NCBI GenBank assembly: GCA_049290195.1
Contig: JBATNE010000040.1
Coordinates: 10,127-74,126 of the forward strand
Direction: 5' to 3'
Source: Candidatus Zixiibacteriota bacterium
GTDB lineage: Bacteria; Zixibacteria; MSB-5A5; GN15; FEB-12
Length of the DNA stretch: 64,000 nucleotides
Made by a program: the position numbers and the translations under genes. Positions 45,981-55,515 of the stretch are shown here, piece after piece; the first letter of the stretch is position 1, and every line of letters starts with the position of its first letter. The notes under the pieces are model-generated. The model searched no databases. It was given only the letters and a program-made list of their open reading frames with translations, and was not told the DNA's origin.

Positions 45981-48236
45981 CTACTTCAGAAGCACCATCT
46001 TCTTGGTTTCTACAAAACTCCCAGCAGTCAGGCGATAGTAGTAAACGCCGCTCGAGGCGGTCCCGCCTGCCGACAAGTTCCCGGTCCACTCAATCCTATG
46101 CGATCCGGCCGCGTAGTGGGAAGTCGATGTCCAGACTGTCTGCCCCAGAATATTGAAAATATCGAGGGAGACATTAGAGCTGGTCGGCAGATCGAAATCG
46201 ATCACGGTCCCGGCATTGAACGGGTTGGGGTAGTTCTGGTGGAGCGCGAACTGGGTGGGGAGGTTATTTCCACGTTCGTCGGGAGTACCTGTCACATAAT
46301 CGATAGTGGCTCTGACTGGAAGGCCCGCATAAGTTGCCACGTCAGCAGATATCAGCTTTGCGGCTTTAGTTGTATCCGCTCGGTTAACTGCCCTCAACAA
46401 GTGACCGGAAAAGATATACTCCCTTGGCTCAGTCAGTTGAGGAGCTATGAGGACATGCGTGTTTGTGCCATTGAAATAGGTAACGAACTGATATCCGGTT
46501 GTCCAATTGCTCACGACAGCATCGCCTTCAAAAACGAAGAAGGCCGCCCCGAGGGTGTCGTCTGTACCGGTCAGAATCCCGCCGACAGGTGAATCTACAA
46601 CGGCAATCATTGTGACATTAGAAGATGAGTCGCGAAGTGAGTCACCTTTGGGGTAGGGAAGTGCGTTTCCAATAATAACCTGCGCCATGTAAGCAAGGTC
46701 CGCGACCGTGAGTTCGATTCCATCAGCGTTTATGTCTGAGGCTGCGTTTGCGCAATTTACGTTGCCACCAAATGCCGCGACGCCATGCAAAAAGTAATTC
46801 ATATACACAACATAGTCGGAAAGTTCCCAGGGGACGCCGTTGCAATTCATATCTCCTGCCCCACGGGCATCAATTGACTCTGAGCAGGCGACGTTAATTG
46901 AGCCGTTGTAGAAGTCGATCACACGTTTTGGATCGGTATTATACGGTGGAATATATAGACCATAGCAGGCACCGATAGGAATGCCGGCGTATCCTGGAAA
47001 TGTGGCCAGCGATGAGTCAACCTGGATATCTGTCTGCCCTGAAGAGTCGCGATCAAATACCCGGTTCACAGCCAGCACATATTCGCCAGTCTGGTATGCC
47101 ATCACATTGTCCCCGCAGTCAATCCAGAAAAACTGAATAGGGATATGTCCGCATTCATAGATTCGATTATTTGAAGTCAGAAAAGTCATCGTGAATAGTT
47201 CTTCGGGGACGGCCGCCGGATTGTAGCAGGTCGGATGTTTATCATTGCCGTTATTGGTTTCGGCTAGTCCGACAACCCGGACCATCCCGGATGGACAGCC
47301 GCCAGAGCAATTTCCAATAGCTCCGTACCGATAAGTGAAGTACTCCCATTTGCAATCATTGTATAGGGCTGTCGGGGTTACGCCCTGCAAAGAGAGCGCG
47401 GAATTATCATAAGCTAACAAGAAGTCGAACCCACCAATCGGGACTACATCGGATTTCCGGTCCATTGTAACCGAAACTTTGGCAAACTGCCCCTGGTGCT
47501 GGTCATGTATTGACTGAATTCTGATGGCATAGAGCGGCAAGGCAGGTACTTCAATGTAGACTACATAGAGGTTGGAGTCGAAGCCATTAGTGACTCCGAA
47601 GTACAGATATCGATATTGGCCGGCATCAACTGAGTCAGGTGTGAAGGAGAGCCTCCATCCATCATTGTACGGCTGCAGTTCTACCTGGCCATGGAAGTCT
47701 CCACTGCTTGGACGCACAAATACCCACGCAGTATCACAGGCACTTAGATTGGTAATGAGTTTCCAATCCAAATATCCCGTCTGACCCACTTTGACAATTT
47801 GATCTCGGTCCGAATTGGGTGCGGTAAACTGGATATAAGGTAGCTCGGCATATATTCTGAGGGAAACATACTGATTCTGGAGACCCTCGGTTACCAACCC
47901 AAGTTCAGAAGCGCCAACGACCAGTGTAAACGAGCCAACCAATGCCGGGTCATGCGAAGGGGGCAATTTCCATTCTCCGGTTACCGAGTCTATTGTCCCG
48001 GGCCCCGAGACGACTCTGTATCTGACCCAGATGGAAGGCAACCCGGTGGCCGCGCTGACCGCCTGGAACTTGTATCGTGCCGTATCGCAATGGGAATAAG
48101 AGAGACCATTGGGCCGCGTGATAAACACCGGCGCAAAGAGATCGTCGGAACCAGTCGGCGAGGCGCTAACCATGGATGGAGTCAGAAGTCCCAGGGCCAA
48201 AACGGCTATCGCAAGAGTGAGAGTAAGTCTGGACAT
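45981..48236 (-). CDS. T9SS-sorted surface protein with cohesin-like and dockerin-like modules
   Basis: Signal peptide (LAIAVLALGLLTPSMVSA). The cohesin-like core reads GQFAKVSVTMD...VPIGGFDFLLAYDNSALSLQGVTP. The dockerin-like pair reads GDMNCNGVPWELSDYVVYMNYFL / SDINADGIELTVADLAYMAQVIIG. The T9SS tail reads FALHQNYPNPFNAGT...GVYYYRLTAGSFVETKKMVLLK. Confidence 0.7.
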   Translation of the reverse strand: MSRLTLTLAIAVLALGLLTPSMVSASPTGSDDLFAPVFITRPNGLSYSHCDTARYKFQAVSAATGLPSIWVRYRVVSGPGTIDSVTGEWKLPPSHDPALVGSFTLVVGASELGLVTEGLQNQYVSLRIYAELPYIQFTAPNSDRDQIVKVGQTGYLDWKLITNLSACDTAWVFVRPSSGDFHGQVELQPYNDGWRLSFTPDSVDAGQYRYLYFGVTNGFDSNLYVVYIEVPALPLYAIRIQSIHDQHQGQFAKVSVTMDRKSDVVPIGGFDFLLAYDNSALSLQGVTPTALYNDCKWEYFTYRYGAIGNCSGGCPSGMVRVVGLAETNNGNDKHPTCYNPAAVPEELFTMTFLTSNNRIYECGHIPIQFFWIDCGDNVMAYQTGEYVLAVNRVFDRDSSGQTDIQVDSSLATFPGYAGIPIGACYGLYIPPYNTDPKRVIDFYNGSINVACSESIDARGAGDMNCNGVPWELSDYVVYMNYFLHGVAAFGGNVNCANAASDINADGIELTVADLAYMAQVIIGNALPYPKGDSLRDSSSNVTMIAVVDSPVGGILTGTDDTLGAAFFVFEGDAVVSNWTTGYQFVTYFNGTNTHVLIAPQLTEPREYIFSGHLLRAVNRADTTKAAKLISADVATYAGLPVRATIDYVTGTPDERGNNLPTQFALHQNYPNPFNAGTVIDFDLPTSSNVSLDIFNILGQTVWTSTSHYAAGSHRIEWTGNLSAGGTASSGVYYYRLTAGSFVETKKMVLLK

Positions 48237-48467
48237 GAAGTAAGTTCCCCTTTCACATGTTATTCCCCAGATACCTCCAATCTATCCGGATTACCCGATC
48301 TGTCAATCAGATTGTGGACTCTCCCACATACCATTGCTTTCCAACTGATTGGCAATCGGTTACGGCGATTGATCCGCGGAGTGAACTCGGCCGGCGGCCG
48401 GCCAACCACTCTTAGCATTTCTTAACAATCGGCGCGAAACCGGACCATTTTCACGCGGTATAACTGC

Positions 48468-49982
48468 GTGAATGGGACTCATACAGAAGCAAAGGAGCAA
48501 CACGTGAGCAGCCTCAAGAATAATCGCCGACCGAAAGTGAGCACTGTCGTCGCCTGGATTACGGCCTCGCTCTTGGCAATAACCTGGATTGTTGAATCAA
48601 ACCGATCGGATTCAACTCAGGCTATCGCCGCTGAACCCCAAACGAGAGCGATCGGATCGCTCCGCGATCTGAACAACGCATTCATAGATATCGCGAAAAC
48701 AGTAACGCCCTCGGTCGTGACTGTATCGACCGAACGAACTCTCACTCTTCGCGGTGTGTCCGGCTTTCCATTTACCATGGATCCATTTGGAGACTTCTTT
48801 GGTAGTCCGGGAGGACGTTCACCGCAAAGAGAATACAAACAGTCCGGCCTTGGCTCGGGAGTTATTGTCTCCTCGGACGGTTATATCATGACTAACAACC
48901 ATGTTGTCGCCGATGCCGATTCCATTCGCGTCCGTCTGTTTGATGGCCGCAAACTCCCCGCCAAAGTCATCGGCCGCGACGAGCGGACCGATATCGCCGT
49001 AATCAAAGTAGACGCCAGCGATCTCCATGCCATCAAGCGCGGCAACAGTGACGATCTCCAGGTCGGAGAGATGGTGATGGCAATCGGCAGTCCTTTGAGT
49101 GAGAATCTGGCTCATACGGTGACGCAGGGAATTGTCAGCGCCAAGGGGCGCCAGAATGTCGGACTGGCGACGTACGAAGATTTCATTCAGACCGATGCTG
49201 CGATAAATCCGGGCAACTCCGGTGGTGCGCTGGTGAATCTCGATGGGGAACTGGTCGGGGTCAATTCGGCAATTGCGTCGCAGAGCGGTGGGTTCCAGGG
49301 GATTGGTTTTGCGATACCTTCGAATATGGCGTTCAACATAATGGACATGCTTGTAAGCAAAGGAAAAGTCACGCGCGGCTGGCTGGGAATACTCCCGCAG
49401 GATATTGACGAGAAGATGGGTGCGGCTTTGAAGCTCAAAGAGAATCAGGGAGTACTCATCGGTGATGTAACGGCGGACAGTCCGGCCGAAAAGGCAGGCT
49501 TACAGAGCGGCGATGTCATCACGGCAATAGACGAAGAACCTATGGCAAATGCCTCCAAACTCAGAACACAAATCGCCCAGGCCACGCCGGGAACAAAGAT
49601 CAAAGTTACTTTGCTCAGAGACGGCAAGAGCCAGGATATCGAAGTCCAATTGGGTGAGCTTCCCGCCGATTTGGCTTCATCAAATGGTGCCGACAAACAA
49701 GAATTGCTTGGCTTCACCGTAACCGCGCTTACAAGAGAACTGGCCAATCAGTACGGGATCGATCCGCGCACGCAGGGTGTGGTTATTTCCGCTGTCGATC
49801 GGAATTCCAGCGCCGGCCAGGCGGGACTGCAGGAAGGAGACGTAGTGAGATCGTTCAACCGGCTTCGGACACCGACAGTGGCAGACTTCAATCGGGCTAC
49901 TTTGAATCTAAAGAAAGGGGATTCAATCCTGATGCAAATCGAACGGTCCGGAAGCAGGTTCTTTGTACCGTTTACGCTGTAG
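48468..49982 (+). CDS. htrA: Periplasmic serine endoprotease DegP/HtrA family (trypsin domain plus two PDZ domains)
   Basis: Catalytic motifs TNNHVV, D in DIAVIKV, and GNSGGALVN. Two PDZ-like segments (GVLIGDV..SPAEKAGLQSGDVI; GVVISAV..SAGQAGLQEGDVV). The exact start is uncertain (GTG 48468). Confidence 0.88.
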   Translation: MNGTHTEAKEQHVSSLKNNRRPKVSTVVAWITASLLAITWIVESNRSDSTQAIAAEPQTRAIGSLRDLNNAFIDIAKTVTPSVVTVSTERTLTLRGVSGFPFTMDPFGDFFGSPGGRSPQREYKQSGLGSGVIVSSDGYIMTNNHVVADADSIRVRLFDGRKLPAKVIGRDERTDIAVIKVDASDLHAIKRGNSDDLQVGEMVMAIGSPLSENLAHTVTQGIVSAKGRQNVGLATYEDFIQTDAAINPGNSGGALVNLDGELVGVNSAIASQSGGFQGIGFAIPSNMAFNIMDMLVSKGKVTRGWLGILPQDIDEKMGAALKLKENQGVLIGDVTADSPAEKAGLQSGDVITAIDEEPMANASKLRTQIAQATPGTKIKVTLLRDGKSQDIEVQLGELPADLASSNGADKQELLGFTVTALTRELANQYGIDPRTQGVVISAVDRNSSAGQAGLQEGDVVRSFNRLRTPTVADFNRATLNLKKGDSILMQIERSGSRFFVPFTL

Positions 49983-50004
49983 AGTTTCGTCCTCATAATC
50001 AACG

Positions 50005-50034
50005 AGAGGCGGCCCGGGCCGCCTCTTTCGTTTT
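50005..50034 (+). terminator. Intrinsic terminator of htrA
   Basis: GC-rich palindrome AGAGGCGGCCC/GGGCCGCCTCT followed by TTCGTTTTCG, 23 nt after the stop. Confidence 0.65.
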
Positions 50035-50095
50035 CGCCAGAAATGGCCAACATAGCTCTTGGTGGCCGGCCCGAACCTTGTTATCCTTACCCCCT

Positions 50096-50995
50096 ATGGC
50101 GACACACCTTCGAGGCTCCAAGACCCATCCCTTCCTGCTCCTGCTCATTGGCACGATCTGCATCAGTTTTGCCGCAATCCTTGTCAAGATGCTGGACCGA
50201 AACCAAGTTGGTCCGGCTGCAATCGGATTCTGGCGTACTGGTTTCGGCGCAATCATCCTGTTTATCTGGTCGGCGATTGAGAGCCGGAGAGTCACGCTGC
50301 CGCGCCGTGCCTATGGCTGGTCCATCCTCGCGGGCTTCCTGTTCTTCTGTGATCTGTTCTGCTGGCATCGATGTATTTTCGCGTGTGGCGCCGGCATGGC
50401 GACTATTCTGGCCGGGACTCAGGTATTCGGAAGCGCGGTGCTCGGATATTTCCTATTTAAGGAGAAACTTGGGTACAAGTTCATTATAGCCGCTGTCAGC
50501 GCGTTTGTTGGGGTCTGTCTTCTGGTCGGAGTTGGCAGTCAGTCGGTCGTCTTTACTCCCGACTATGCGCTCGGCATCGTTCTCGGGCTGCTTACCGGTA
50601 TTGCATATGCCAACTACATTGTGACGCTCAAGAAAGCGTCAGCTGAGCAGGCCGAATTGGGGACGATCACACTGATGGCCTGGACCTCTCTCTTTACCTG
50701 TATATTCCTGGGTGCGGCGGCCCTTATCGATGGAGAACCGATGGTTCCCCAGAATGCCCGTTCGTATCTCATTCTCTTTGCGCTTGGATTGGTTCCGCAG
50801 GCAATCGGCTGGCGCGCCATTACTATGTCCTTGCCGCGCCTCGATGCATCACGTGCGGCTCTGGGGCTGCTTCTCCAGCCGCTTTTGGCCACTATCTGGG
50901 GTTTTGCCTTCTTTGCCGAGCACCTGACCGTCGTTCAATCGATCGGTGCGGCGGTGACGCTGGGTGCCATTTATGTAGGCTCAATGCGTCGTTAG
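50096..50995 (+). CDS. EamA/DMT-superfamily transporter
   Basis: About 10 hydrophobic helices in two similar halves. Typical EamA-like segments (FAAILVKML; GLVPQAIGW). The start is taken at ATG 50096; the ORF track gives TTG 50078. Confidence 0.7.
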   Translation: MATHLRGSKTHPFLLLLIGTICISFAAILVKMLDRNQVGPAAIGFWRTGFGAIILFIWSAIESRRVTLPRRAYGWSILAGFLFFCDLFCWHRCIFACGAGMATILAGTQVFGSAVLGYFLFKEKLGYKFIIAAVSAFVGVCLLVGVGSQSVVFTPDYALGIVLGLLTGIAYANYIVTLKKASAEQAELGTITLMAWTSLFTCIFLGAAALIDGEPMVPQNARSYLILFALGLVPQAIGWRAITMSLPRLDASRAALGLLLQPLLATIWGFAFFAEHLTVVQSIGAAVTLGAIYVGSMRR

Positions 50996-51096
50996 GCGAT
51001 CTCCGTTTATCCACAAATACTGCTTTATCCGCACTCTCTCAGGCATTACTTTTCAGCCAGCTTTCTGTAAGATTTCAGTTTAAGGATATGTGAGTT

Positions 51097-52086
51097 ATGG
51101 ATAGAAAACGAACAGCGGTGGTCGGCGTCGGCGGGTTAGGTCGTCACCATCTGAAGTGGTTGGCACAGATTCCGCAATCTCAACTCGTCGGCCTGTACGA
51201 TATCGATTCTGAGAAAGCGGCGAAATATGCGCAAGAATATAATGTCAAATCGTTTGAGTCGCTGGAGGAGTTGGCGAAGGAAGTCGATGCCGTCAGTGTG
51301 GTAGTTCCCACAACTGCCCACTTTGAGGTCGCGTCTTTCCTGATCGACCGCAAGATCCACTGTCTGATAGAGAAACCTATCGCCGCGTCTCTCGATGAAG
51401 CGAAGAAACTCAGAAGCTTGTGCGTCGCGCGTGATGTTAAGGTGGCCGTTGGTCAGATCGAGCGTTTCAACCCGGCCATTCTCGGATTGTCCGGATACAA
51501 CATTCGTCCTTCTTTCATTGAGGCTCATCGACTGGCGGCGTTTGACCCGCGCGGAACCGATGTTGCCGTGGTACTCGATCTGATGATTCATGATATCGAC
51601 TTGGTCCTGACCTTTATTCGGTCGCGGCTCGTGGATATCCATGCATCGGCAGTCGCGGTTATCTCCGATCAGGCCGATATTGCCAACGCCAGATTGACCT
51701 TTGCCAACGGCGCGGTTGCCAACCTGACGGCTTCCCGGATCTCACTTCGCGGAATGCGTAAACTCCGCATTTTTCAAAAATCCGGATATTACTCGCTTGA
51801 TCTGGCGGCCAAGCAGGCCGATGTCTACCGGCTGACTGAACCTAATGATGGCGAGGGGCTCAAAGTTCCGCTCGGCAAGTCAGGGAGGGATCTTTACTAT
51901 TCCAAAATTTCAGACAACGGCAAGGACATGCTCGGTGCTGAAATCGAGAGCTTTCTTATCGCCGTCACTGAGAATAAGCCGGTAGCAGTAACAATAGACG
52001 AAGCAGCCGAAGCTCTTCGTGTTGCCCTCGAAGTCGAACGAATTGGGCTGGCTTCCATTTCCAGAATGATGGCTGAGATCGACTAG
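51097..52086 (+). CDS. Gfo/Idh/MocA-family NAD(P)-dependent oxidoreductase (possible UDP-GlcNAc 3-dehydrogenase, GnnA-like)
   Basis: N-terminal Rossmann AVVGVGGLGRHH and EKP motif (CLIEKPIA). The stop abuts the lpxB start. The GnnA-like role is contextual inference only. Confidence 0.75.
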   Translation: MDRKRTAVVGVGGLGRHHLKWLAQIPQSQLVGLYDIDSEKAAKYAQEYNVKSFESLEELAKEVDAVSVVVPTTAHFEVASFLIDRKIHCLIEKPIAASLDEAKKLRSLCVARDVKVAVGQIERFNPAILGLSGYNIRPSFIEAHRLAAFDPRGTDVAVVLDLMIHDIDLVLTFIRSRLVDIHASAVAVISDQADIANARLTFANGAVANLTASRISLRGMRKLRIFQKSGYYSLDLAAKQADVYRLTEPNDGEGLKVPLGKSGRDLYYSKISDNGKDMLGAEIESFLIAVTENKPVAVTIDEAAEALRVALEVERIGLASISRMMAEID

Positions 52087-53193
52087 ATGAAGTCTCCGCT
52101 CATTTTCGTTTCCGCCGGCGATCCATCCGGGGATATTGCCGCCTCCCTGATGGTGCGCGAACTGGCCATCATGCGCCCGGGTCTGTCGACATTTGGTCTT
52201 GGCGGCAAGCAGATGGCGTCCTCGGGTCAGAAGCAATTAGCGAAACCGGAGGACTTGGCAGTAATCGGGTTTTGGGAAGTGATAAAGCGAATTGGGTACT
52301 TTCGCGAGTTGATGCATCGCACCGTAAAGGAAATTGAGCAACGAAAGCCGGCCTGCATCGTGCTCGTGGACTATCCAGGATTCAACCTCAGGCTGGCAAA
52401 GAGAATCAAGCACCTGAAAATTCCCATCATCTACTATATTTCTCCTCAGTTATGGGCATGGGGCGGCAAGCGCATCTCGCAAATGCGCGAGTTGGTGGAT
52501 GAAGTTCTGGTGATTCTCCCATTTGAAGCCGACTTCTACGCTGGGACCGGAGTGAAGGCGAGTTTCGTCGGACATTACTTGCTCGAAGATATCCCTGCAC
52601 ACATGATCTCTTCTCCGGTGCCGAGTTCAAAGCAGCTTGCGCTCTTACCAGGATCCCGTCCGCAGGAGATTGAACGAATGCTCGGCCCTATGTGCGAAGC
52701 AGCCGCTCTGTTCTGCCGAAAGCATGGGTTCACCGCCGTTGTTGCAGGGATGCATAACGGATTTGACTACGATCGCATTCTGGCGAGATTCAGAGGCGAC
52801 CCCATCACGATTGACTACGATCGCTCCCGCGAGATTATTGACTCGAGTGCTCTTGCGCTCACAGCTTCGGGGACAGCCACACTTGAGACAGGGATAATCG
52901 GCCGCCCGATGGTCATCATTTATAAGACCGGGTTCATCACCTATCAGATCGCCCGGCACCTCGTTACTGTCGACAAGATAGGTCTGATCAATCTCGTACT
53001 GGCCGAAAACGTAATGCCGGAGTTGATACAGGGACAGGCAACCCCTGAGAGAATTGCCGATGCACTCGAGCGGTTTGTCGTCGACCATGCCTATTTGCAG
53101 CAGGGGCTCGACAAGCTCCAGCGAGTACCTGATGTGCTCAAAGGACGAGGTGCATCTAGACGAGCCGCGACAGCAATTGCAGAGTTTCTATGA
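52087..53193 (+). CDS. lpxB: Lipid-A-disaccharide synthase
   Basis: IFVSAGDPSGDIAAS, DYPGFNLRLAK, YYISPQLWAWG, TASGTATLE. Confidence 0.88.
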   Translation: MKSPLIFVSAGDPSGDIAASLMVRELAIMRPGLSTFGLGGKQMASSGQKQLAKPEDLAVIGFWEVIKRIGYFRELMHRTVKEIEQRKPACIVLVDYPGFNLRLAKRIKHLKIPIIYYISPQLWAWGGKRISQMRELVDEVLVILPFEADFYAGTGVKASFVGHYLLEDIPAHMISSPVPSSKQLALLPGSRPQEIERMLGPMCEAAALFCRKHGFTAVVAGMHNGFDYDRILARFRGDPITIDYDRSREIIDSSALALTASGTATLETGIIGRPMVIIYKTGFITYQIARHLVTVDKIGLINLVLAENVMPELIQGQATPERIADALERFVVDHAYLQQGLDKLQRVPDVLKGRGASRRAATAIAEFL

Positions 53194-54437
53194 TTCGCGC
53201 CTATCGCATCTTTTCGGCGTTCATCTATGGTTTGGTCTATTGGTACGGCCGCTGGCGAGCTAATAAGGGTGACTTGCTCTGGCGGGACCGACTTGCGCTC
53301 GCCACGTATAACACGCCGGTGGATGTTTGGCTGCATGCGGCGTCTGTTGGAGAAGTTCGCGTAGTCAATTGCCTGATTTCATATCTTCGCGAACAGCGCC
53401 CCGACCTGACCCTGCATCTGACTGTCATGACCCGGACCGGCTATCATACAGCACGTACACTCTTCAAATCAGAGGTGGACGTTGCCTATCTTCCGCTTGA
53501 TGTTCCGCTCCTCATGAAGCGCAAAATCAAGTCAGTCCGGCCCAAGGTACTGGTAATCGCCGAAACGGAAATCTGGCCGAATCTGATACAAGCGGCAGCT
53601 GATGCATCGATTCCGGTCGTTATGGTGAATGGACGCATGTCGGAAAAGGCGTACGGCAAGTACCGACTTTTTGAGAGTTCTTTCCGTCGACTGCTCTCCC
53701 AATACCACCAGTTGTTTGTGAAATCGAAGGCTGACGGTGACCGCATTGTCGGATTCCTGGATGAGCCCGAACGACTCGTTGTGGCTGGCGATATGAAGTT
53801 TGATGCGCCCATGCATGATCGTAGCCCGGAGAAGCGGTCAGAAGTGCGGAGGAGCATTGGCATGGCTCCCGATCAGTTCCTGTGGGTGGCGGGATCAACC
53901 CGCGAGGGGGAAGAGCCTCTATTGCTCGACCTCTATTGCTCACTCGCCAAGAAGTTCCCACAATTGCGCCTGCTCATCGCACCTCGCCACCTTGAACGAG
54001 TGGCTGAAATTGAAGTCGATATCCGCAGCCACGGGTTGACAGTCCGCAGGTTAGGTGAAGGCACGCCTCCGATTAGACAGAGCGAGATCGTCCTTATTGA
54101 TCGAATGGGGCTGTTGAACGACTTGTATTCAGCGGCTGACTTGGCCTTTGTCGGAGGTACGTTTGGCACTGTTGGAGGACACAACATCCTGGAACCGATC
54201 TGGGCCGGTACGCCCGTGCTGTTTGGACCTTCCACGAGCAACGTCACCGATGCAGCCCAGTACATTGCCGAACATGGGTACGGCGCGAAGACTGACACGG
54301 TCACGGACCTTGAGCGCATGGTGGCCGACGTACTGGGCGGGGAAGTTCACTTTGCTGTTAAGAGCGACGAAGTTGACGCCAAGTCCGCGACATCAATGTG
54401 CGGATCCTATTTAATCACGAGGCATCTTGATGGCTGA
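53190..54437 (+). CDS. waaA: 3-deoxy-D-manno-octulosonic acid (Kdo) transferase
   Basis: WLHAASVGEV, ETEIWPNL, GGHNILEP. 4-nt overlap with lpxB. Confidence 0.88.
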   Translation: MIRAYRIFSAFIYGLVYWYGRWRANKGDLLWRDRLALATYNTPVDVWLHAASVGEVRVVNCLISYLREQRPDLTLHLTVMTRTGYHTARTLFKSEVDVAYLPLDVPLLMKRKIKSVRPKVLVIAETEIWPNLIQAAADASIPVVMVNGRMSEKAYGKYRLFESSFRRLLSQYHQLFVKSKADGDRIVGFLDEPERLVVAGDMKFDAPMHDRSPEKRSEVRRSIGMAPDQFLWVAGSTREGEEPLLLDLYCSLAKKFPQLRLLIAPRHLERVAEIEVDIRSHGLTVRRLGEGTPPIRQSEIVLIDRMGLLNDLYSAADLAFVGGTFGTVGGHNILEPIWAGTPVLFGPSTSNVTDAAQYIAEHGYGAKTDTVTDLERMVADVLGGEVHFAVKSDEVDAKSATSMCGSYLITRHLDG

Positions 54438-55515
54438 ACGGTTCTGGAAGCAGTACCTTAACCGACGCGGTTTTTCACTGTGGTCGCTGCTCGTTCCGAT
54501 CATGTGGGGAGCCTCAGGGCTGTATTATCTCGGAAACCGAATCCACCGGGCCTTTCATGGAACTCCGACGAGGGTTGGAATTCCTGTCATTTCGATTGGC
54601 AATATCGCAACCGGAGGAACGGGCAAGACTCCCATCGTTGCCTTCCTGACGTCGAGACTCCTTGCACGGGGGATGAAGGTCGGAGTAGTTTCTTCAGGTT
54701 ATGGAAGAACATCCTCACGGCCTCATGTGGGACTCGGTTCAGAGCTTGCCCGAATGCCTGCCGCCGAAATCGGTGACGAAGTAAAGTTGCTTGCCAACCA
54801 ATTTCCCGAGCTGACATTCAGCATTGCCGCTTCTAAGTCCGATGCGGCCGTACAGATTTCGCGATCCGGTTCAATCGAGGTGATTCTGGTTGACGATGGA
54901 TTCCAGCACTATGGGCTTCACCGCGATCTGGATATAGTGCTATGGGACGCAACCGTGCCCGAAAGGTCGATTCATCTGCTGCCCTTTGGGGTTCTCCGCG
55001 AGCCTGTTTCGTCGATGAAACGGGCCGGTGTAGTTATCCTGACTCGAGTAGATCAGTGTGAAGCAATTGAATCGGTGCGCACGTTCGTCAAATCAGAGGC
55101 TCCCCATGCTCACATTTTCGAGGCTCGATTCATTCACACGGAACTTATCGGTCGGCGGGCTCGTTATCCCATGACATTTCTAAAAGAGCGGAGAGTGATC
55201 GTGTTTGCCGGAATCGGGAATTTCGGGGCTTTTAGGCGACAAATCGAAGCAGCCGGTGCCGTGGTGGTCTCCGCGCTTGAATTCAATGATCACCAACACT
55301 ATGACCAAAGCCAATTACGCCGAATTGCCGACCTGGCCTCCCGGGAAAACGTCGATCTTATCATTACTACGGGCAAAGACGGGGCCAAACTTGGGGACTT
55401 TGATTTCGGACGGGAATGCTGTTATCTTGGCCTCGACCTGGAATTCACGCTATCGGGTGACAACCTGGTTGACACAGTTCTGCAGCACGCAAACGAGAAA
55501 GATGTACAGCGCTAA
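54430..55515 (+). CDS. lpxK: Tetraacyldisaccharide 4'-kinase
   Basis: P-loop ISIGNIATGGTGKTP, with DDGFQH. It overlaps the waaA stop. Confidence 0.88.
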   Translation: MAERFWKQYLNRRGFSLWSLLVPIMWGASGLYYLGNRIHRAFHGTPTRVGIPVISIGNIATGGTGKTPIVAFLTSRLLARGMKVGVVSSGYGRTSSRPHVGLGSELARMPAAEIGDEVKLLANQFPELTFSIAASKSDAAVQISRSGSIEVILVDDGFQHYGLHRDLDIVLWDATVPERSIHLLPFGVLREPVSSMKRAGVVILTRVDQCEAIESVRTFVKSEAPHAHIFEARFIHTELIGRRARYPMTFLKERRVIVFAGIGNFGAFRRQIEAAGAVVVSALEFNDHQHYDQSQLRRIADLASRENVDLIITTGKDGAKLGDFDFGRECCYLGLDLEFTLSGDNLVDTVLQHANEKDVQR

